A stretch of DNA of 64,000 nt, from positions 928,001-992,000 of the forward strand of contig OZ245842.1 of the NCBI GenBank assembly GCA_965228895.1, in the 5' to 3' direction. Below, one piece after another: positions 16,787 to 26,154 of the stretch. The position numbers and the translations under genes were made by a program. Positions within the stretch are counted from its first letter, which is position 1. Every line of letters starts with the position of its first letter. The notes under the pieces were generated by a model. It was given only the letters and a program-made list of their open reading frames with translations, searched no databases and was not told the origin of the DNA. Origin of the DNA: Alphaproteobacteria bacterium. Its GTDB lineage: Bacteria; Pseudomonadota; Alphaproteobacteria; SP197.

Positions 16787-18475
16787 CTACTTTGGGGCGG
16801 CAAACAGGTCCTTGCGCAACGTTTGCAGAACCGCTGGATCGATTTTTGTGTGAATGACGGCCGGCGAACCATCAGAAAGGGCGGATTCAAGGGCTGCCCC
16901 CAGTTCACCAGGTGCTTCGGCGCGCCATCCGTTCGCCCCGCACAGGCGCGCGACCTCGTCATAGGGTGGGCTCGCGATATCGGCGCCCAGCAGGCGTCCG
17001 CCGAAAAATTCGCTCTGGTAGGCTTTTTCAGCACCCCAGGCGCCGTTATCCAGGACCACCGCGATGACGCCGAGCTTGTGGTGCACCGCCGAGGTGATCT
17101 CGGCCATGGTGAAACCGAACCCGCCATCGCCCATCACGGCGACGACCGGTCGGTCCGGCGCGGCGGCCTTGGCGCCCAGTGCCGCGGCATAGCCGAACCC
17201 TACCAAACCAAAGTCGAGCGGTGTGACCAGGCCCGGTGTCTGGTAATGGGCCAGCCGGTCGGCGGCGTTCAGACAGGCATTGCCGGTGTCCAACGTGACA
17301 ATCGCGTTGTCCGGCAAGGCGGCGCGGATCTCAGCCAGCGCACGATGGGGGTGAAGCGGTGTGCTGTCCAACCGTGCCTCGACCTCACGCTCGGCGTCGA
17401 GCGACGCGCGTCCCTCGCGGAAACCGGCCAGCCAGTCTGTCCAGCCGGCGCCGGTCAAGCCGTCCTGGGCAACCGTGTCGCCGAGTGCGATGGCCGTTTC
17501 GCGCGCATCCGCCTGAATGCCGAGCGAAACCGGGAAGTAGCGCCCGATGGCGCTGCCCTCGATGTCGACCTGGGCGATGGTCGCACTGGCCGAAACATAG
17601 TCGTGGCTCAGGAAGGTCGAGTTGAAGGCGAGCCGGGCACCCAGCACCAGGATGACATCGGCTTCGCGGGTCAGCCGGCTGGCGACGGCGTTGCCGCGTG
17701 GTCCGCCCTGGCCGGCAAAGAGCGGGTGGCCGTGCGGCATGACGTCGGCATGGCCGGTCGAGGCGACAACTGGAACATCGAGAGCTTCTGCCAGATCGCG
17801 CAGTGCCTGTGCACCGCCGGCCCATTTCAGACCGCCGCCCGCGACGATCACCGGCGCCTTGGCTTTTGCCAGCAGCGACACCATGGCCGCGACCTCATCG
17901 GGCGGGGGCGGGCCGGCCTTGGCGATCGTGACCGGGCCGGGTTCGGGTGCGGTCACATCCGCGGCAAAAAGATCACGCGGGACGTGAAGCACAACCGGTC
18001 CACGCCGCCCGCTCATGGCCAGGCGCATGGCATCGCGCAGCATGGGCGCCAGGCGCTCCGGCTCATTGACCATGATGGAGCGCTTGGAGATGGGCGCGAA
18101 GAGGCCGACCTGATCGACTTCCTGAAACGTGTCCTTGCCGAGATCGCGCCTGGAAATCGCGCCGGCGATGACGACCAGCGGCGAATAGGCAAGATGCGCT
18201 TCGGCGACGGCTGTCGTCAGATTGACGACACCGGGTCCCGCCTGCGCGCCCAGGACGATGCCGGGACCACCGGAGATGCGCGCGTAGGCGTCGGCCATAT
18301 GGCCGGCGGCACGTTCGTCGCGCGCGCCGATATAGGTGATCTCGTTGCCGCCCTGAAGGGCATCATAGAGTTCCAGCATGGAGCCGCCGAGCAGGCCGAA
18401 CACGGTCTTGACGCCCTGCTCGTGTAAGACCCGGTAGACGGCATCGCCGCCCTTGACGGTCGGCTTGTCGTTCAC
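16787..18475 (-). CDS. Thiamine diphosphate-dependent enzyme, sulfoacetaldehyde acetyltransferase (Xsc)-like
   Basis: FGLLGGS, ARDE, AQAGPG, FQEVDQ, GDGGF...LDN ThDP motif; NGAWGAEK resembles the Xsc WGAEK signature. Confidence 0.8.
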   Translation of the reverse strand: MNDKPTVKGGDAVYRVLHEQGVKTVFGLLGGSMLELYDALQGGNEITYIGARDERAAGHMADAYARISGGPGIVLGAQAGPGVVNLTTAVAEAHLAYSPLVVIAGAISRRDLGKDTFQEVDQVGLFAPISKRSIMVNEPERLAPMLRDAMRLAMSGRRGPVVLHVPRDLFAADVTAPEPGPVTIAKAGPPPPDEVAAMVSLLAKAKAPVIVAGGGLKWAGGAQALRDLAEALDVPVVASTGHADVMPHGHPLFAGQGGPRGNAVASRLTREADVILVLGARLAFNSTFLSHDYVSASATIAQVDIEGSAIGRYFPVSLGIQADARETAIALGDTVAQDGLTGAGWTDWLAGFREGRASLDAEREVEARLDSTPLHPHRALAEIRAALPDNAIVTLDTGNACLNAADRLAHYQTPGLVTPLDFGLVGFGYAAALGAKAAAPDRPVVAVMGDGGFGFTMAEITSAVHHKLGVIAVVLDNGAWGAEKAYQSEFFGGRLLGADIASPPYDEVARLCGANGWRAEAPGELGAALESALSDGSPAVIHTKIDPAVLQTLRKDLFAAPK

Positions 18476-20424
18476 ACCGCTCTCCCTGCCTGCATGCCCT
18501 CAAAGACCGCTTCTTCCGCCGTGCGCGGCACGACACAGTCGCCGATCGCCTGCACGTCAACATCCAAACCAGCAAGGTCCATTTCCAACGTGCTTTCGGC
18601 TTGGTGCCCAAGCGCCAGGACGACGGTATCGATCGCGTCCAGAATAATCGGCTCTTCGGTCAACGTGTCCTGGAAGTAGGCCGCGCCATCGTCGGCGCCG
18701 AACAGGCGCGCATGGGTTCTGATCGTGACGCCCAAGCGGTGCAGGCGCCCGACATAATGGTTGCGCATGTAGATCTGCAAGGTCTCGCCCGCCATCGCCG
18801 CGTTGACGCATAAGGTAACGGCGGATCCGGCCTTGGCGAGCCGTTCGGCGAGGCCCAGGCCAATCCAGTCCGCGCGCCAGTCGGCGATGGCGACGGCGGC
18901 GCCGACATTCGCCCGGTCCTGCAGCACGTCCCATGCCGTCACCACATGGGCGCTGTCGTCGATGCCTTCGAGCTGCGGCAGGTAGGGCGTCGCGCCGGTC
19001 GCGATGATGACGCTGTCGGGCTGAAGGTCGCGGACAAGATCCGCCGTGACCGGCGTGCCCCTTACAATCGTGACGCCCGCCAGGACCATCTCGCGTTCAA
19101 GGTTGGTGATGATGCCGCCGAATTCATCGCGTCCGGGCAAGGCTTGGGCAAGCCGCGCCTGGCCGCCGAGTTGCGGTTGGCTCTCGTAGAGCGTGACGTC
19201 GTGTCCCCGCGCGGCAGCGGTGGCTGCGGCTTTCATGCCGGCAGGTCCGCTACCCGCGACGATGATCGTCTTACGCTTGGACGCTGGCGGCAGCGCGCCG
19301 TACTCAAGCTCGCGCCCGGATTCCGGATGCTGGATGCAGGAGATGCCCAAGCCCTTGTGCGCGCGCCCGATGCAGGCCTGGTTGCAGGCGATGCAGGCGC
19401 GGATGTCGTCGAGCCTGCCGCTTTTTGCCTTCGTTGCCATGTCGGCGTCGCAGATCATCGCGCGCGTCATGCCGCAGAGGTCGGCTTGCCCTTCCGCGAT
19501 GACCTGTTCTGCGATCTGCGGCTGGTTGATGCGGCCGGTGACGATGACGGGTATCGACGTCGCCGCCTTGATGGCAGCGGCGAACGGCGCGACATAGGCA
19601 TGATCGAAACCCATCGCCGGCACAACGTGCACCGACCCGCCAAGACTGGCGGATGTCCCGGCAACGACGCTGACATAGTCGAGGTCGCGGTCGATCGCCC
19701 GAACGATGTCCAAGACTTCAGCGTCGGTCAGGCCATCGGCATCCAATTCGGCGCCGGAGATGCGCATGCCGACAACGTGGCCGTCGGTGGCCTGTCGTAT
19801 GGCGGCGATGATCTCTTTCACGAAGCGCAGGCGCCGGTCAACGTCGCCGCCCCAGGTGTCGTCGCGCAGGTTGATGCGCCGGTTGAGGAATTGGGCCGGC
19901 AGGTAGCCCTGGCTCGCGACGATCTCGAAACCGTCAAACCCGGCTTCGGCCAGATAGCCCGCTGCCTGCGCGTAGCCCTTGATGACATCGGCAATCAGTG
20001 CGTCCGACATCGGTTTGGGCATGATGTGGAAGCGTTCGTTGGGCACCGCCGACGGCGCATAGGCAATCGGCATCATGCCCGCATGCGCGGAGAGGATCTC
20101 ACGGCCGGGGTGAAACAACTGGGCGAACAGGCGTGTGCCGTGCGCATGACAGACCTTGGCCAGCTTGGCATAGGCGGGGACGACGTCGGGGCTGGCGGCC
20201 TTCAACAAGTCGCGGGAAAATCCGGCGGTCTCGTGGACCGCGACAATCTCGGTCACGATCAGACCGGCACCGCCCTTGGCGCGCGCCTCGTGATAGGCGA
20301 TCAGCCGCTCATCCGGCACCTCGTCGGAAAGATAGGTGTGGTGGCCCGTGGAGACGATACGGTTCGCCACGACGCAGCGGCCGATCTCGATCTCCGAGAA
20401 CAGGTGGGGGAAGGGCGTGCTCAA
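18472..20424 (-). CDS. Old-yellow-enzyme-family FMN/FeS/FAD oxidoreductase (trimethylamine/dimethylglycine/N-methylproline dehydrogenase-like)
   Basis: RAKGGAGLIVTE, QLFHPGRE, GYLPAQFL...NLRDDTWGG, CIACNQAC...CIQHP 4Fe-4S motif, GSGPAGM Rossmann; 4-bp overlaps with both neighbours. Confidence 0.9.
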   Translation of the reverse strand: MSTPFPHLFSEIEIGRCVVANRIVSTGHHTYLSDEVPDERLIAYHEARAKGGAGLIVTEIVAVHETAGFSRDLLKAASPDVVPAYAKLAKVCHAHGTRLFAQLFHPGREILSAHAGMMPIAYAPSAVPNERFHIMPKPMSDALIADVIKGYAQAAGYLAEAGFDGFEIVASQGYLPAQFLNRRINLRDDTWGGDVDRRLRFVKEIIAAIRQATDGHVVGMRISGAELDADGLTDAEVLDIVRAIDRDLDYVSVVAGTSASLGGSVHVVPAMGFDHAYVAPFAAAIKAATSIPVIVTGRINQPQIAEQVIAEGQADLCGMTRAMICDADMATKAKSGRLDDIRACIACNQACIGRAHKGLGISCIQHPESGRELEYGALPPASKRKTIIVAGSGPAGMKAAATAAARGHDVTLYESQPQLGGQARLAQALPGRDEFGGIITNLEREMVLAGVTIVRGTPVTADLVRDLQPDSVIIATGATPYLPQLEGIDDSAHVVTAWDVLQDRANVGAAVAIADWRADWIGLGLAERLAKAGSAVTLCVNAAMAGETLQIYMRNHYVGRLHRLGVTIRTHARLFGADDGAAYFQDTLTEEPIILDAIDTVVLALGHQAESTLEMDLAGLDVDVQAIGDCVVPRTAEEAVFEGMQAGRAV

Positions 20425-21974
20425 CCTGGTCGTCCGATATCGGCCCGCGACAGAAGGAGATCATAGCGTTCGCGCAGCGCCCGGTCAGTCGTGTCGTCCA
20501 GGTGATCGGGATAGTGCCGGGTCAGGATGTCTTTGGCCCGCTCCCTGGCGCGCGTGCGCATGTCGGTAGCACCATCGGCTTCCCAGTCATCCGGTGACCG
20601 CCGGTCGCCGACCACCGGATAGACGTAATCCGCCTTCATGCGCGCAAGCGTTTGCGCGTGACCGAGATAGTGACCTTCGCCGCGGCAGACCTCGGCGATG
20701 ACGGCGCTTGCGATGGTCTCCGGCGTCGCCTCGACGCCACGCACGGACCGCAGGATCGCGCCAAGCATGTCGTTGTCGACGACGTAGGCTTCGAGCGACG
20801 CACCCAGCAGGCTCGCCTGCATGCCGCAAGCTTGGGTGATCAGGTTGCAGCCGGCGTGCGCCGCCAAGCTGACGGCGAGGTTCTTCTCATAACCGTGCTG
20901 GGCATCGGCGATCTTGGCGTCGGTAATGCCGGCGATCGAGCTGGTCGGCAGATCGTAGAAACGGCCCATCTGGGCGGCCGCCGCCATCAAAATGGCCTGT
21001 TCGCCGCCGCCGCCGCACATGGCGCCGGTTCTGAGATCGGCAACCAGCGGCTTGGGCGCGAAGATCGCCGCCACATTTGGGTCGATGAGACGCACGAAGA
21101 CAAGCGCGGCCAAGGTCTCCGCCACCGACTGGGCAAGCGATCCGGCAACGGTCGCCGGGCTGGTCGCACCGGCCTGGCCGGCGGCGATGAGCTGGACCGG
21201 AAATCCTGCCAGGACGGCGGCTTCAAGCGTCTCGCACGCTTCTTCGGCAAAACGCATCGGCGGTACGACGTGACAGACCATGACCGTCAGGAACGGACGT
21301 TCGCGGAACGCCTTCTCACCACCGGCGATCGTGTAGCAGATATCCGCAATCGGCTTCACGTGTTCGGGTTCGGTGATGCTGACGCTGACCGGTTTCGCTG
21401 TGCCGGCGAGGCAGGCGTAGGCGGTATTCACATCCATCGAGAGGTTGTCCGGCGCGTCGCGCGCGACCAGCGACCGGCTGAAGTGGTGCACGTGCTCCAT
21501 GGCATCAACCAGGCGCGCGGCATCATAGAGATCCTTGGTCGCGGCATCGCGGTACCGGCCGGTGTCAAGGTCGACGATGCTCGGCGAGGCACCGCCCGAA
21601 CTCGTATGCACGCGCGCATCGGAGAGATCGAGGGCGAGACCCGGCCGTTGTCCGTGCAGCACCACGTCACGCCTGGCCGTCTCGATCGATTTCAAGACGA
21701 GATCGCGCGGAAACAACAGACGCCCGTCGTCGGTCAGGCGGCCGCCATGGGCGGTAACCTTGTCGACCATGGACGGGATCGCCTGACTGAGGCCCAGCGT
21801 TTCGAGCAAATGAAGCGCTGCCTCATGGACGGCTAATTCCTCGTCGTTCGACAGCGGCCTATAGCGGCCGCCGACAACGCCGGGCCAAACCGCCGGCGGA
21901 TCGACCTGCTCGGCCGCCTGGACGCCGCGGTCCCGGCGTCCGCGCCTTACTCGTGTGGTCGCCTGATCGCCCAT
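20421..21974 (-). CDS. Trimethylamine methyltransferase (MttB) superfamily protein, non-pyrrolysine
   Basis: GATSPATVAGSLAQSVAETLA, DLRTGAM, TDAKIADAQHGYEK, GEGHYLGHAQT; no in-frame TAG. Confidence 0.9.
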   Translation of the reverse strand: MGDQATTRVRRGRRDRGVQAAEQVDPPAVWPGVVGGRYRPLSNDEELAVHEAALHLLETLGLSQAIPSMVDKVTAHGGRLTDDGRLLFPRDLVLKSIETARRDVVLHGQRPGLALDLSDARVHTSSGGASPSIVDLDTGRYRDAATKDLYDAARLVDAMEHVHHFSRSLVARDAPDNLSMDVNTAYACLAGTAKPVSVSITEPEHVKPIADICYTIAGGEKAFRERPFLTVMVCHVVPPMRFAEEACETLEAAVLAGFPVQLIAAGQAGATSPATVAGSLAQSVAETLAALVFVRLIDPNVAAIFAPKPLVADLRTGAMCGGGGEQAILMAAAAQMGRFYDLPTSSIAGITDAKIADAQHGYEKNLAVSLAAHAGCNLITQACGMQASLLGASLEAYVVDNDMLGAILRSVRGVEATPETIASAVIAEVCRGEGHYLGHAQTLARMKADYVYPVVGDRRSPDDWEADGATDMRTRARERAKDILTRHYPDHLDDTTDRALRERYDLLLSRADIGRPG

Positions 21975-22022
21975 GCGTTCAGCCTACAGACCAAGATTAT
22001 TCATCCATTTGAACGCTAGTGA

Positions 22023-22078
22023 TTTGTAGTCGGTGTTACAAACGAGTCTTCGTTCTCTTATAACTAAGAAAAATTCAT
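22023..22078. promoter_or_regulatory. Divergent promoter region with a palindrome and a LysR-type box
   Basis: Perfect TTTGTA-N8-TACAAA (22023-22042) and AT-rich T-N11-A box TAAGAAAAATTCA (22065-22077) between the mttB-like gene and the LysR gene. Confidence 0.45.
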
Positions 22079-22090
22079 CTATAGAATGAT

Positions 22091-22966
22091 GTGATGCAAC
22101 AGCTTCCGCCATTCGCCGCCATCCGCGCCTTCGAAGCTGCCGCCCGGCATCTGAGCTTTAAGGAGGCTGCGGTTGAACTTGGTCTGACACCGACGGCCAT
22201 CAGCCATCAGATCAAACAGCTCGAGCAACTGGCCGGGCGCGCCCTGTTCATCCGGCATACCCGACGCGTCGAGCTAACGGCCGACGGCCGGCGCTTTGCC
22301 GAAGAGACCGCGCCGGCGCTCGACGTGCTGGCGTCAGCATTTGCCAAGCTATGCGACAGTTCAGGCCGTCACAGCGTAACGCTCGGCGCCGGTCCGATCT
22401 TCGCGTCGCGCTGGCTGGTGCCGCGCCTGGCCGATTTCTGGGCGGCGCATCCCGGCATCGATTTGAGGCTGCATCATTCACCTTTGCCGGTATGGCAGCA
22501 GATCGCCCAGTTCGATCTGGCTGTGGCGTGGGGTGCCGGCGGCTGGCCCGGCGTTGCCTGCGAGCCGCTGCTGCGCATCGAGGTCTCACCCGTCGTGTCG
22601 CCGGATATTGCACGTCAGCTACCGGACCCGCCGTCCCCGGCGCACCTTCTGACACTGCCTCTGCTGCATCATCGCAACGCCACGGGCTGGCGCGAGTGGT
22701 TTCAAGCCGTTGGCGTGTCGATGCCGGAAGACCTGCCAGGCATCGTGTTTGAAGACGCCAATGTCATGACCCAGGCGGCGTTGTCAGGCCGCGGCGCGGC
22801 GCTCGGCGTTCTCCCGTTTGTCAGCGATGAACTGTCGGGCGGACGTCTGGTGCAACCCTTTGCGCTCAGCATCGATCCGGGCGACGCCTACTTTCTGATC
22901 TATCGTCAACGCGCGCTTACCCACGATGCCGTGGCCGCCGTCAGGCAATGGCTGCTTGAAAGCTGA
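22091..22966 (+). CDS. LysR-family regulator, GcvA-like
   Basis: LPPFAAIRAFEAAARHLSFKEAAVELGLTPTAISHQIKQLE; FASRWLVPRL. Confidence 0.93.
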   Translation: MMQQLPPFAAIRAFEAAARHLSFKEAAVELGLTPTAISHQIKQLEQLAGRALFIRHTRRVELTADGRRFAEETAPALDVLASAFAKLCDSSGRHSVTLGAGPIFASRWLVPRLADFWAAHPGIDLRLHHSPLPVWQQIAQFDLAVAWGAGGWPGVACEPLLRIEVSPVVSPDIARQLPDPPSPAHLLTLPLLHHRNATGWREWFQAVGVSMPEDLPGIVFEDANVMTQAALSGRGAALGVLPFVSDELSGGRLVQPFALSIDPGDAYFLIYRQRALTHDAVAAVRQWLLES

Positions 22967-22980
22967 TCGCGCGGCGCGCG

Positions 22981-23646
22981 CTAGGTGGAACGCAGGTTCA
23001 GCGGGACGGACAGGTATACGCCGAACTCCTGGCCGATATCGCAGCTGATCCGCGCATGCACACGGCCTTGCCTGTCGAGAAAACGTTGGTTGTTGTCGAC
23101 CGGAAAGATGCCTTCGTGCCAGATGTTGGGGTGGATATAGAGACCGCGATGGCCGTCGCACCAAAAGGCGACGACCTTGTCGGGCGTCAGGTCGTCACCG
23201 GGCAGGGCAACCGGCACGACGAACGGAGTCTTGTCGAGCGGGAAGAAGAGCTGGCCGCCGTCGGGGTGGTAGTTCAGGTGCCACAAAAGGACGCGATCTC
23301 TGGACACGGTCTGCTTTTCGGCCGATGCCCTTTGCGGATCGGTCGACCAGCCGAGGACATAGTGGCCGTTGACCGCATCGTTGGTGCCCATCAAGACGTC
23401 GCCTGACCAGTTGCCGTGGAAGACGCCTTCGACCCATCCGGCTTCATCACCGGTACCCTCGTCGACTGGGCGCCAGCCCTGCTGGGGCCAGCGAACGATC
23501 TCGATCTCAACGTCATCGGGTTCGTCGACCAGGCAGCCGTAGCCTTTCACAGAGTCGTCGGTCGCTTCGATCAGCGGCACGTCAACGAGATCCAGCGACG
23601 GTTTGTCGCTGGCCTCGAACAGATAGGTCGGCGCAGCTTGGTTCAC
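22981..23646 (-). CDS. Ureidoglycolate lyase-like cupin protein
   Basis: NYHPDGGQLFFP...GLYIHPNIWH cupin motifs. Confidence 0.65.
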   Translation of the reverse strand: MNQAAPTYLFEASDKPSLDLVDVPLIEATDDSVKGYGCLVDEPDDVEIEIVRWPQQGWRPVDEGTGDEAGWVEGVFHGNWSGDVLMGTNDAVNGHYVLGWSTDPQRASAEKQTVSRDRVLLWHLNYHPDGGQLFFPLDKTPFVVPVALPGDDLTPDKVVAFWCDGHRGLYIHPNIWHEGIFPVDNNQRFLDRQGRVHARISCDIGQEFGVYLSVPLNLRST

Positions 23647-23729
23647 CCCAACATCTCCCGTTCGGCGCAGCCTGAGGTCGCAAGGCTACCACAAGTCCGC
23701 CTGGCGGCGCCCCGGGCCATCTGGACGAC

Positions 23730-24875
23730 CTAAGCCGTCAGGCGTCGCGAGATGTAGCCGGCAAACTCGTGGTTTTCGCGTTCCAGCCAGGAGAGCGGGC
23801 CGGGCTCAGCGAGCGGTGCGGCGGTACCTTCGAAGAGTCCTTCGACAACGAAGCGGTCCTCGAGGTTGACCTCCCAGAGGAAGTCCGCGGCCTCGGTGAC
23901 GAGGGCCTCGCGGTCGTTGTTGGCGGCAAGTTTTTCGGGCGCGAACGCGACGCCGTAGCGGATTGACACCTTGTCGATGCCGTCCGGCTGCAGTGACAGA
24001 TACCAGAGATGATCCGGCGCCAGGACATACATGTGGCTGGGAAACACGGTCGGCATGATGGACGTTGTGCGCCATCGTCCCTTCAGAACCTTGTTATCGG
24101 GGTGAGCGGTGCCAATCGGCGCTTCAGTCGTCTTCTGGAACAACTGGTAGGTGAAGGCCTCATGCGGCGGCCCGTCGCCGAACTCCGTCTCCTCGGCGGG
24201 AAAAAAACCGCCGACGGTCTTCCGATGGGTCACCGGCAGATGATAGCCCTCCATGAAGTTTTCGGTCAGCAGCTTCCAGTTGGTGTTCCAGACGTGGTCG
24301 CGGCGCACGACCTCCACATAATCGCCCATGCGGTAGTCCGCAGCGATCTCGTCAAGCGGCGCCAGGAGATTGGCAACACTTTCGGCCTCTTCGTTCAAGG
24401 TAACGTAAACCCAACCGTTCCAGATCTCCGATCGAACGGGGTGCAGGCGAACGTGTTTCTTGTCGAAGCCTTCCGTCTTCTCCATGTGCTTGACCGCAAC
24501 CAGCCGGCCGTCGATGTCGTAGGTCCAGGCGTGATAGGGGCAGACGATCCGCCGGCAACTGCCGGCGCCATCCAGCAGGCGCATCATGCGGTGGCGGCAG
24601 ATGTTCGACCAGGCGTTCACCGCGCCATCGGAGCCGCGCATCACGATGATCGGTTGGTCGACGATGCGATAGGTGAAGTAGTCACCCTTCTTCGGTATCG
24701 ACTCCGCACGCCCGGCGCACAGCCAGTCGCGGCGAAAGATCCGATCGAGCTCAAGCGCATGGATTTCGGGATCGTGATAGATCTCCGGCGGCATGGCGGT
24801 CGCTTGCTCAAGCGGCCGCTTGGCCAGCGCCTTCAGCTTCTTCAGTGTGGGATTAACGGGCTTGCGTGCCGCCAT
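23730..24875 (-). CDS. Rieske non-heme iron oxygenase alpha subunit (choline monooxygenase/betaine demethylase-like)
   Basis: Rieske CRHR...CPYHAW; mononuclear iron NWKLLTENFMEGYHLPVTH; C-terminal ED. Confidence 0.92.
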   Translation of the reverse strand: MAARKPVNPTLKKLKALAKRPLEQATAMPPEIYHDPEIHALELDRIFRRDWLCAGRAESIPKKGDYFTYRIVDQPIIVMRGSDGAVNAWSNICRHRMMRLLDGAGSCRRIVCPYHAWTYDIDGRLVAVKHMEKTEGFDKKHVRLHPVRSEIWNGWVYVTLNEEAESVANLLAPLDEIAADYRMGDYVEVVRRDHVWNTNWKLLTENFMEGYHLPVTHRKTVGGFFPAEETEFGDGPPHEAFTYQLFQKTTEAPIGTAHPDNKVLKGRWRTTSIMPTVFPSHMYVLAPDHLWYLSLQPDGIDKVSIRYGVAFAPEKLAANNDREALVTEAADFLWEVNLEDRFVVEGLFEGTAAPLAEPGPLSWLERENHEFAGYISRRLTA

Positions 24876-25036
24876 GATCTGCTCCCGACAAAGAAACGCG
24901 CGTGCCGATCCCGGCAAACGCAGGCGACCTTATGGTATCGATGAACCCGTGGTCCAGGGCAATCGGCATAGATTTGTTCTATGAAGCGGACAGGCCGAGA
25001 CTATGAGCAGCGACGGTTGCCGATCCGCTATCTCTT

Positions 25037-26023
25037 CTAGGCGTCCAACTCGAACGTCATCCAGACCTGGACAATGACCGCATCGTCGCCGTCGCGCGTG
25101 CAGGTGAGTTCCAGATCGGCGAGCCGCCGACTGTCCTCTTTGCGCAGCGCCAGGATCTTGCCGTCATAGGTCAGGGGATCGCCGACCCAGAAGACGTTGG
25201 TGAACCGGCTGCGGAAGCTTCGGACGTTCGGGGCCCCGAGCCACCGGGCCGCATAGCTCGCCAGGCCGCCGGCCTGGTGCATGCCGACGCCGAACATGCC
25301 GGGGAAACCCTCGGCCCGTGCGTGGGCGATGTCGTAGTGCAGGGGGTTATCCTCACCGCCGGCGGCTTGATAGCGCACCATCTCATGCATGGTGAGCGGG
25401 CCGAGGGAGACCGGCCCCGGGCCGCTGCCGACCTTGAGGTCCGCCCACGTGTTGGGTTTGATCGCGGCAAAGGGATCGGGTGGTTCCAGGCTGGTGTAGT
25501 TCGGCCGGTAGGCCGGTGGTTCGGATCCCCAATCCGTCGGTTCGTCCGATGCGCCATGGGTGGTAACCGTGGTCGAGCGCGCTTCGGCGACAAGGGTGCC
25601 GTCGCCATCGCGAAACTCCGTCAACAAAACCAGGAAGGCCAGCCCACCGCCACGTTTGCTCGGCTTCTCCGTCATGGATTCCAGACAGGCGTGTGCTGTC
25701 AAGCGATCGCCGACGCGCGGTGGCGTTCCGTGAAATTGATAAGCTTCTTCGGCGTGCAGCGGCACACTGAGATCGTGATCCAGCTGTTCCAGCAAGGTCC
25801 CGCGCGGCCGTTCCAACGTGTAGCCCCAGTTGACGTTGGCCGTTGTCAGAAAGGTCGGCGGGATAACGGCGCGTTCGTCGTCCAGATAGGCGCGCCATGG
25901 TGCATAGACGGAACGCGCGAAAGCACGGACGGCGCCGCGCTCTATCGGCACGTCGAACGGCGGCCCGAATTGGCCGATGAGGTCAGAGGCATCCATGGCG
26001 CTGGTCTGTGTCTGCGATGGCAT
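25037..26023 (-). CDS. MaoC-family double hot-dog dehydratase
   Basis: N-terminal IERGAVRAFA...IPPTF...LHAEE; C-terminal GGEDNPLHYD...GFPG. Confidence 0.82.
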   Translation of the reverse strand: MPSQTQTSAMDASDLIGQFGPPFDVPIERGAVRAFARSVYAPWRAYLDDERAVIPPTFLTTANVNWGYTLERPRGTLLEQLDHDLSVPLHAEEAYQFHGTPPRVGDRLTAHACLESMTEKPSKRGGGLAFLVLLTEFRDGDGTLVAEARSTTVTTHGASDEPTDWGSEPPAYRPNYTSLEPPDPFAAIKPNTWADLKVGSGPGPVSLGPLTMHEMVRYQAAGGEDNPLHYDIAHARAEGFPGMFGVGMHQAGGLASYAARWLGAPNVRSFRSRFTNVFWVGDPLTYDGKILALRKEDSRRLADLELTCTRDGDDAVIVQVWMTFELDA

Positions 26024-26154
26024 GGGCGAAAGCCCTCGTTGTCCTCTCACACGATACGCGGATTAGCGCCCAGATCGATGGGAAACTGTGCCGTGGTCAT
26101 CAGAGACGCCGCTGTTCTATGGTGGGCCTGATCTCAAGTAACAGGAATGCCAAG

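Noticed and set aside
20421-21974. Pyrrolysine-containing trimethylamine methyltransferase or recoding
   Set aside because: The ORF is uninterrupted, with no in-frame amber codon and no pyl genes
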